A stretch of 32,000 nucleotides of DNA. Source: an uncultured bacterium (GTDB lineage: Bacteria; UBP14; UBA6098). Below, piece by piece: positions 25,597-32,000 of the stretch. Where the stretch lies: contig CAZSHG010000005.1 of NCBI GenBank assembly GCA_964606695.1, positions 35,410-67,409 on the forward strand, written 5' to 3'. The notes beneath the pieces are model-generated. The model was not told where the DNA came from. It worked only from the letters and a program-made list of their open reading frames with translations, and ran no database searches. Every line of letters starts with the position of its first letter. Position 1 is the first letter of the stretch. A program made the position numbers and the translations under genes.

Positions 25597-26387
25597 TCGA
25601 GTTGAAGTCAGCGCGAGAAATCGAATTAATGCGTAAAGCCGGAATTGTAGTCGGAGAAACGTTGCACGTTCTTTTCGAGGCTACCGAACCGGGAGTAACC
25701 ACAGCCGAATTAAACGAACTCGCAGGCAAAACCATCGAAAGCTACGGTGCGGAAAGCGCTTTTCTGCATTATGTCGTCGATGATCAATGTCCTCCCTACC
25801 CGGGAATCGTATGTATTTCCGTAAACGACGAAGTCGTCCACGGAATACCCGGGCAAAGGAAGATAGAGTCGGGCGATCTGGTCTCCTTCGACGTTGGGAC
25901 GCGCTTAGAGGGATTTTGCGGCGACGGCGCGGGCACGATAATAGTCGGCGACGCGCTAAAAGACGTTAGACGGCTGGTCGATGTCACGCGGCAATCTCTT
26001 TATAATGGAATAGAACGGACCGTAGCCGGCAACCATATTCGCGACATCAGCCGCAGTGTTCAGGTCACGGTGGAATCGGCCAGATTCGGAATCGTCCGCG
26101 AGATGGTCGGGCACGGAATCGGGAAGGAAGTCCACGAAGAGCCGCAGGTGCCGAATTTCGTTACCAGTGGTTATTCGCCAAAATTGGTTCCGGGAATGAC
26201 GCTCGCAATCGAACCGATGGTAACGATGGGCGATTGGCGGCTGAAGGAACTTGACGACAAATGGACTTTAGTTACCGCAGACGGCAGTTTATCGGCGCAT
26301 TTTGAACATACGGTCGCAATCACGGAAAACGGCCCGGTTATTTTGACATTACGTGAGAACGGAAAAGCGGGTTTCGACCCGATATAA
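25593..26387 (+). CDS. map: Methionine aminopeptidase, type I
   Basis: NDEVVHGIP, FDVG, GHGIGKEVHEEPQV, LAIEPM and FEHTVAIT. It overlaps adk by ATGA. Confidence 0.95.
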   Translation: MIELKSAREIELMRKAGIVVGETLHVLFEATEPGVTTAELNELAGKTIESYGAESAFLHYVVDDQCPPYPGIVCISVNDEVVHGIPGQRKIESGDLVSFDVGTRLEGFCGDGAGTIIVGDALKDVRRLVDVTRQSLYNGIERTVAGNHIRDISRSVQVTVESARFGIVREMVGHGIGKEVHEEPQVPNFVTSGYSPKLVPGMTLAIEPMVTMGDWRLKELDDKWTLVTADGSLSAHFEHTVAITENGPVILTLRENGKAGFDPI

Positions 26388-26399
26388 AAAACAGGCTAA

Positions 26400-26636
26400 A
26401 TGGAAAACGGAAACGAAAACGAAAAGAAAGAGAGTATCCAGGTGGAGGGAGTCGTAATCGAGGCTTTACCCAATACGACATTTCTCGTAGAACTGGAAAA
26501 TAAACATAGAATACTGGCGTATGTATCCGGCAAGATGCGAAAATATTACATCCGGATTTTGCCCGGAGATCGCGTAACGGTCGAGCTTTCGCCCTATGAT
26601 CTTGAAAAGGGGCGCATTGTCTATCGTTACAAATAG
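26400..26636 (+). CDS. infA: Translation initiation factor IF-1
   Basis: [66 protein letters not shown]. Confidence 0.96.
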   Translation: MENGNENEKKESIQVEGVVIEALPNTTFLVELENKHRILAYVSGKMRKYYIRILPGDRVTVELSPYDLEKGRIVYRYK

Positions 26637-26663
26637 CCTGGAGGAATACGCAGGAGGTTAATA

Positions 26664-26777
26664 ATGAAAGTTCGAGCATCGGTAAAGAAAATTTGCGCCA
26701 AATGCCGCATCGTCAAACGCAAAGGGCGTGTTCGAGTAATCTGTTCTAACCCGCGACATAAGCAACGCCAGGGTTAG
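26664..26777 (+). CDS. rpmJ: 50S ribosomal protein L36 (absent from the ORF track; too short)
   Basis: Hand translation gives [39 protein letters not shown] aggagg lies upstream. It sits between infA and rpsM, as is usual. Confidence 0.93.
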   Translation: MKVRASVKKICAKCRIVKRKGRVRVICSNPRHKQRQG

Positions 26778-26787
26778 GAGGTAAAAC

Positions 26788-27174
26788 ATGGCAAGAATTG
26801 CAGGAGTTGACTTACCCAACGAGAAGCGCATCGACGTCGCTTTGACCTATATCTACGGTATCGGTTCTATCAGTAGCAAGCAGATACTGGACGCCGTCAA
26901 AGTCGATCCTTCGCTCAGGGTTCACGAGTTAAACGAGGGCGATATTTCTAAGATTCGCCAGGAAATCGACGAGAACTATTCTGTAGAAGGTTCGCTTCGC
27001 GCTCAAAAAGCCGGCAACATCAAACGACTAATCGAAATCGGGTCGTATCGCGGAATGCGACATAAAATAGGTCTTCCGGTTCGCGGTCAACGGACGAAAA
27101 CCAACGCGCGCACCCGCAAAGGCCCCAAACGCACCGTCGGCTTGGGACGCAAAACCGTAGGCAAAAAAGGTTAA
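26788..27174 (+). CDS. rpsM: 30S ribosomal protein S13
   Basis: [26 protein letters not shown]...[18 protein letters not shown]. Confidence 0.97.
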   Translation: MARIAGVDLPNEKRIDVALTYIYGIGSISSKQILDAVKVDPSLRVHELNEGDISKIRQEIDENYSVEGSLRAQKAGNIKRLIEIGSYRGMRHKIGLPVRGQRTKTNARTRKGPKRTVGLGRKTVGKKG

Positions 27175-27193
27175 AGGATAGCAGGAGGATATA

Positions 27194-27592
27194 GTGGCTA
27201 AAGCAAAGAAAACGAAACGTCAGCCGCGCCGTATAAAGAGAACGGCACCGGAAGAGGGTATCGTTCATATCAAGGCGACGTTTAATAATACGATCGTTTC
27301 TATCACGGATAGCAAAGGCAACGCATATAGCTGGAGCTCCGGCGGCCGTATCGGTTTCACCGGGTCGAAGAAATCTACTCCGTATGCCGCGCAATTGGCG
27401 GCTCGTGAAGCGGCTGAAAAGGTTATGGAAATGGGAATGAAAACGGTCGAAGTCCACACTAAAGGTCCCGGGAGCGGCAAAGAAGCGGCTCTGAGAGCGC
27501 TGTCAGCCACGGGGCTTCGCGTCAGCCGTGTTAAGGATATAACACCAGTTCCTTTCGGCGGTTGTAGAGGTAAAAAACGCCGAAGGGTTTAG
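27194..27592 (+). CDS. rpsK: 30S ribosomal protein S11 (GTG start)
   Basis: [44 protein letters not shown]. Confidence 0.96.
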   Translation: MAKAKKTKRQPRRIKRTAPEEGIVHIKATFNNTIVSITDSKGNAYSWSSGGRIGFTGSKKSTPYAAQLAAREAAEKVMEMGMKTVEVHTKGPGSGKEAALRALSATGLRVSRVKDITPVPFGGCRGKKRRRV

Positions 27593-27603
27593 GAGAGTAT
27601 ATT

Positions 27604-28236
27604 ATGGCAAGATACACCGGACCGGTTTGCAGGCTTTGTAGAAGAGAAGGCCAGAAACTTTTCTTAAAGGGCGAACGCTGTCATTCTGATTCATGCGCGA
27701 TCACGCGGCGGGGCGAAACTCCTCCCGGCAGTTACAAGCAGGGAAGGCGTTTCAGAAAACCATCCGATTACGCGATTCGACTGCGCGAGAAACAAAAGCT
27801 ACGAAGGATTTACGACGTATTCGAAAGGCAATTCAGACGCTATTTCAAGAAGGCCAGTAGCATGAAGGGCGTTACCGGCACGAATCTGTTGCAACTTCTG
27901 GAATTGAGGTTGGATAACGCCGTATATCGCCTCGGGTTTTCGCCTTCGAGGAAAGCCGGGCGGCAATTGGTCAGGCACGGACATATCGAGGTCAACAGCA
28001 GGAAAACCGATATACCGTCATTTTCTCTTTCTCCAGGCGACGTCGTTTCCGTTAGAGAGAAAAGCAAAGACCTCGAGATAATACACAATTCACTTCGCAA
28101 TATCGGCGAAAACGTCCCGGCATGGCTGGATCTGGAGAAGGCCAAGCTTCAGGGCAAAATCAATAATGTTCCCACACGCGAAGAAATCGCTATTGAAGTC
28201 GAGGAGCAGTATGTCGTCGAATATTATTCGAGATAA
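27604..28236 (+). CDS. rpsD: 30S ribosomal protein S4
   Basis: [26 protein letters not shown]... and the S4 RNA-binding domain [29 protein letters not shown]. Confidence 0.97.
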   Translation: MARYTGPVCRLCRREGQKLFLKGERCHSDSCAITRRGETPPGSYKQGRRFRKPSDYAIRLREKQKLRRIYDVFERQFRRYFKKASSMKGVTGTNLLQLLELRLDNAVYRLGFSPSRKAGRQLVRHGHIEVNSRKTDIPSFSLSPGDVVSVREKSKDLEIIHNSLRNIGENVPAWLDLEKAKLQGKINNVPTREEIAIEVEEQYVVEYYSR

Positions 28237-28257
28237 TTAATAAAAGGAGGTTCGCGA

Positions 28258-29247
28258 ATGAAATGGAAGAGTATGCAAATGCCGAAAGAAGTGGTTCTCG
28301 ATCCGGCGTCCGCAACGGATACTTTTGGCAGATTCATAATCGAACCGCTGGAAAAAGGTTACGGGGTTACAATCGGTAACGCTTTAAGGCGAGTCGTCCT
28401 TTCGTCTATGCAGGGCTCCGCCATAACAGCAATAAGGATCGAAGGCGTTCAACACGAATTCTCGACCATCGAGGGCGTTTACGAGGATGTTACGGAAATC
28501 ATCCTTAATCTTAAAGGCATCCGTTTCAAAGTTCACAGCGACTATCCAAAAGATATGCATATCGATGTCGATAAGAAAGGGGAAGTTAAGGCCAAGAAAA
28601 TAAAGGGCGATTCTTCGATAGAAATCCTGAACAAAGACCATCACATCGCCACGCTGACGGATAATGTCCATTTTAAGGTCGAACTCGAATTGGGCGTAGG
28701 CAAGGGCTTTAATACGGCGGAGGAGAACGTCAAGGAAGATCATCCCGTAGGAACTATTCCCATCGATAGCATATTCACGCCCATATTGAAAGCCGAATAT
28801 AACGTGGAACAGGCGCGAGTCGGCCAGAAGACCGATTACGACCGTCTTATATTCGAGCTTACCACCGACGGCAGTCTCACGCCCGAAGAATCGCTTGCGA
28901 TGGGCGCGAAACTACTCATGGATCACTTCGATCTGTTCCTCTCCCCCGATACCGACGTGGATAGGATGGAAGAGGAAGAGATTGACGAAGAGGTTCTCAA
29001 GATCCGCGAACTCCTGAAGATGCCCGTAGATGAACTTGAGTTATCGGTTCGTTCATCGAATTGCCTTCGCGCGGCAAATATCGATAATCTCGAAGAACTC
29101 GTCCAGAAAACCGAGACTGAGATGCTTCAATACAGGAATTTCGGTAGGAAATCGCTCGCCGAAATCAACGAGGTTTTAGCGAAACTCGGTCTTTCCTTTG
29201 GTATGGATGTTAGCAAGTATATGGAAAGAAAAGCAGGCATAAAATGA
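28258..29247 (+). CDS. rpoA: DNA-directed RNA polymerase subunit alpha
   Basis: GRFIIEPLEKGYGVTIGNALRRVVLSS, and the C-terminal domain LELSVRSSNCLRAANIDNLEELV...NFGRKSLAEI. Confidence 0.97.
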   Translation: MKWKSMQMPKEVVLDPASATDTFGRFIIEPLEKGYGVTIGNALRRVVLSSMQGSAITAIRIEGVQHEFSTIEGVYEDVTEIILNLKGIRFKVHSDYPKDMHIDVDKKGEVKAKKIKGDSSIEILNKDHHIATLTDNVHFKVELELGVGKGFNTAEENVKEDHPVGTIPIDSIFTPILKAEYNVEQARVGQKTDYDRLIFELTTDGSLTPEESLAMGAKLLMDHFDLFLSPDTDVDRMEEEEIDEEVLKIRELLKMPVDELELSVRSSNCLRAANIDNLEELVQKTETEMLQYRNFGRKSLAEINEVLAKLGLSFGMDVSKYMERKAGIK

Positions 29248-29879
29248 GACATAATAAATCAGGAAGAAAATTAGGTCGCAATGCGACGCATAAAAAGGCC
29301 ATGATGAAAAACATGGCAACCAGTCTTTTCAGATACGGCAGTATTCGGACCACCCTTTCCAAAGCGAAAGAAGTCCGTCCTTACGCTGAAAGACTTATAA
29401 CACGAGCTATCGACGCTTCGCTTTCGGACAAGCGGCTTATAATTAGCAAGCTTGCCGACCGGTCGGTCGCCCACCATCTGATTAACGAAGTCGCGCCTCT
29501 TCTTGAAAACCGAAAGGGCGGATATCTAAGAATAATCAAACTCGGCCCCCGCCAGGGCGACGGTGCCGAGATGGCGATAATCGAAATCGTTTCGGAAGAG
29601 GTTAAGAAACAGGAACGTAAACGGCATAAGAGGGAAAAAAAGGAAACTCCGGAGAAAGCCAAAGAGAAGTCGGAATCTAAGGATTCGGAAGTTCCAGAAG
29701 ATCACAATAAAATCCATCCCCGAGACGAACAGACGAAGGAACACCTGACCAGCGGATCAAAAGCGGAGGGTTCGAGGAAATCCAGTAAACCTCCCAAACG
29801 CAGTGTTCCAAAGCAGATATCGGTTAATCGGGGAACTTCGACGCCAAAAACGCCTCCGCCCTCAAGCCAGGAAAACTAA
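29244..29879 (+). CDS. rplQ: 50S ribosomal protein L17 with a ~95-aa Lys/Glu/Ser/Pro-rich C-terminal extension
   Basis: MRHNKSGRKLGRNATHKKAMMKNM...GGYLRIIKLGPRQGDGAEMAIIEIV is a complete L17 core (~116 aa). A low-complexity tail follows up to residue 211. Confidence 0.93.
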   Translation: MRHNKSGRKLGRNATHKKAMMKNMATSLFRYGSIRTTLSKAKEVRPYAERLITRAIDASLSDKRLIISKLADRSVAHHLINEVAPLLENRKGGYLRIIKLGPRQGDGAEMAIIEIVSEEVKKQERKRHKREKKETPEKAKEKSESKDSEVPEDHNKIHPRDEQTKEHLTSGSKAEGSRKSSKPPKRSVPKQISVNRGTSTPKTPPPSSQEN

Positions 29880-30341
29880 ATGGCGGAGGAGAAGCGGGGA
29901 AAACTCGGGCTGATCCTCGCCATGTTATTCTCGCTGTTTTTTTTATCGATTATCGGATTATATGGTGTATATTGGTCGGCGTTGAATAAAGAGAACATTG
30001 GGCAAGCCCGGGATTCTAACGAGGACATAATCGATAGCACCAGAGATGTTTTAGCCGATACCGGGCTGTATGTCGAAGAGAACACCGAGAGCGGAGTCAA
30101 ACGGCTTCGCTCTCTCTTATTATCTCGATTGCCGTCGAGAACGGAACCGGAAAGATTCACCCGCGTTTTCAATCGACTGGAACGGGCCGAAGATGAAAAT
30201 CGGATAGACAGGGATCGATTCGAGTTGTTTCCGGAAATCCTCAAAATGGCGTTATCAGACGGCGAGATCGATTATGAAGAACTCGAACTACTTCTGGATA
30301 ATCTGGAACTATCTATCATTTCGGAAAGGGAAGGAAAATGA
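29880..30341 (+). CDS. Hypothetical single-pass membrane protein with acidic C-terminal region
   Basis: Its ATG directly abuts the rplQ stop (TAAATG). The TM segment is LGLILAMLFSLFFLSIIGLYGVY. Its stop overlaps the next gene's start (ATGA). I recognise no family. Confidence 0.55.
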   Translation: MAEEKRGKLGLILAMLFSLFFLSIIGLYGVYWSALNKENIGQARDSNEDIIDSTRDVLADTGLYVEENTESGVKRLRSLLLSRLPSRTEPERFTRVFNRLERAEDENRIDRDRFELFPEILKMALSDGEIDYEELELLLDNLELSIISEREGK

Positions 30342-31303
30342 CGCAGGACAAAGTAAAAATCGGCGTAATAGGCACGGGACATCTCGGGAATTACCATACG
30401 AAAATACTCGGTGAACTCGCCAGCGCCGACCTTGTGGGAATTTTCGATATCGATAAACAACGCGCCGGTGAAATATCGTCGAAATACGGAACCATCGCAT
30501 TTAGCACGATGGACGAGTTACTCGATAAATGTTCTGCCGTTGTGATAGCCTCCCCCACCGCGACACACCGTGCGATTACCGAACGGGCTATCGAATACGG
30601 TTGCCACGTTCTCGTCGAAAAGCCGATTGCGGAGAGCACGTCGGAGGGATTGGAGATGGTCGCCGTAGCGCGTTCCGCTAACAGGATTATTATGGTCGGC
30701 CACGTAGAACATTTCAATCCGGCTTTCACAGCGGCAAGGAAATACCTTGCGAATCCTCGATTCATAGAATCTCACAGGCTGACTATTTACAGAGGGCGTG
30801 GAGCCGATGTTTCCGTAGTTCATGATTTACTGATTCACGATCTCGAGCTCGTCCTTGCGGTTCTGGAAGAACCTGTAGCATCTATGTCCGCATCGGCGAG
30901 TCAGATATTAACCGAAAGCCCGGACATCGCTAACGTCCGGCTCAGGTTCAAAAGCGGGTGCGTTGCGAATCTTACAGCGAGTCGCATCTCTCTTACCAAC
31001 ATGCGCAAGATGCGTTTCTTTGTTCCAGGAGCGTATATCGGCCTCGATTTCGGCGGTAAGGTCGAAGTGGCGACTCTATCCGGCTCCGACCTCAAAGCGC
31101 CAGACACCGCTGAAGCTTTCGAGCTTCCAACGGGCGAGACAATATACCGCTGGAATATACCCGTTCCCGAAACCAACGCTCTACAATCGGAGCTTGAACA
31201 CTTCATCGATTGCGTTCGAACCGGCGAAGAACCTCTTGTTTCGGGAAAGCGGGGTCTCGAAGCTCTTCGGCTTGCGGATAAAATACTTGAAAACATCGAT
31301 TAA
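30338..31303 (+). CDS. Gfo/Idh/MocA-family NAD(P)-dependent oxidoreductase
   Basis: Rossmann N-terminus VKIGVIGTGHLGNYH and EKPIA. The length is ~320 aa. It lies directly upstream of lpxB. Confidence 0.8.
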   Translation: MTQDKVKIGVIGTGHLGNYHTKILGELASADLVGIFDIDKQRAGEISSKYGTIAFSTMDELLDKCSAVVIASPTATHRAITERAIEYGCHVLVEKPIAESTSEGLEMVAVARSANRIIMVGHVEHFNPAFTAARKYLANPRFIESHRLTIYRGRGADVSVVHDLLIHDLELVLAVLEEPVASMSASASQILTESPDIANVRLRFKSGCVANLTASRISLTNMRKMRFFVPGAYIGLDFGGKVEVATLSGSDLKAPDTAEAFELPTGETIYRWNIPVPETNALQSELEHFIDCVRTGEEPLVSGKRGLEALRLADKILENID

Positions 31304-32000
31304 TGGGTAATAATCTATTAATAATCGCAGGTGAACCTTCCGGGGACGCTCTTGGAGGTCCTCTGGCCAAACACATTTTCGAACTGAAGCCGGATTTACA
31401 TATGTGGGGTTACGGCGGAGATTCCATGAGTAAAGCCGGTGTCGAGATTCTCACACCGGTCGGCGAACTCGCTGTAATGGGTTTTCGCGATGTCGTCGGG
31501 AGACTACCGGAAATGTTCAGAAGAATGAGTTCGCTGACCGAAGAAGCAGTTCGTCGCAACGCGGACGGCGCTGTTTTAATCGATTATCCCGGTTTCAATA
31601 TCAGATTGGCGGAGAGATTAGCCAAACACGGAATACCGATTGTTTATTACGTTTCGCCGCAGGTCTGGGCATGGAAACCCGGCAGAATCAAAAAGCTCGC
31701 AAAATCCATTTCGAGAATGCTGACGATACTACCCTTCGAAAAAGAACTATATGAAGAAGAAGGCGTTCCGGTATCCTATGTCGGTCATTATTTTGTGGAT
31801 GAAGTTATACCGACAATCGAGCCATCCGAATTCAGGAGGAATCTGCAATTCGACGAACCGTTGTTGCTGATCCTTCCGGGTAGCAGAAAGCAGGAGGTAT
31901 CGAGACTCCTCGAAATTATGATAGAGGCCTTCTCTATCCTGAAATCGCAAATACCGGATTTAACCGGTCTGGTGGTCAAAGCGCCGGATTTACCCGATTC
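31303..32000 (+). CDS. lpxB: Lipid-A-disaccharide synthase (3' end outside window; absent from the ORF track)
   Basis: Hand translation from the ATG in TAATG gives MGNNLLIIAGEPSGDALGGPLAKHI...VLIDYPGFNIRLAERLAKHGIPIVYYVSPQVWAWKPGRIKKL...LPGSRKQEVSRLL. The frame stays open to the window end. Confidence 0.9.
   Translation, partial: MGNNLLIIAGEPSGDALGGPLAKHIFELKPDLHMWGYGGDSMSKAGVEILTPVGELAVMGFRDVVGRLPEMFRRMSSLTEEAVRRNADGAVLIDYPGFNIRLAERLAKHGIPIVYYVSPQVWAWKPGRIKKLAKSISRMLTILPFEKELYEEEGVPVSYVGHYFVDEVIPTIEPSEFRRNLQFDEPLLLILPGSRKQEVSRLLEIMIEAFSILKSQIPDLTGLVVKAPDLPD

Overview
This is a 32 kb window from a diderm bacterium. The LPS heptose genes, lpxB, an OmpA-type outer-membrane protein and a T9SS-type C-terminal sorting domain suggest an uncultivated FCB-superphylum-like lineage, but that is inference only. 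Most of the window is housekeeping. Left to right: a partial TPR-GGDEF cyclase; ispD overlapping a bacterial aeRF1-like (baeRF1) gene; a beta-barrel/OmpA protein; a minus-strand block (yhaM-like, hldC, hldA, nrdR); an orphan type IV pilin-like gene; a hydrolase; mreB; a YtfJ-like protein; two tandem 7-blade LVIVD-repeat paralogs; metK; a sugar nucleotidyltransferase and PGI/PMI; and tRNA-Ala(CGC) abutting fabG. A spc/alpha ribosomal-protein cluster follows, starting abruptly at rpsQ: S17-L14-L24-L5-S14-S8-L6-L18-S5-L30-L15-secY-adk-map-infA-L36-S13-S11-S4-rpoA-L17. It runs on, by overlapping or abutting start/stop codons, into a small membrane protein, a Gfo/Idh/MocA oxidoreductase and a partial lpxB. 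I see no defence island, CRISPR array, transposase or other clearly novel multi-gene system. The items worth a second look are smaller: (1) two separate arrays with an exact 21-bp period (1216-1446 and 9416-9562); (2) a 206-nt element (7785-7990) that folds into a perfect four-way junction in the nrdR/pilin intergenic region; (3) the baeRF1-like protein with GGW in place of GGQ; (4) a stranded relic of a C-terminal sorting domain behind one LVIVD paralog, next to palindromic repeat elements; (5) a tRNA 3' end overlapping the fabG start codon; (6) an attenuator-like hairpin pair just upstream of rpsQ. All functional calls come from reading the translations and the sequence by eye. No database search was run.
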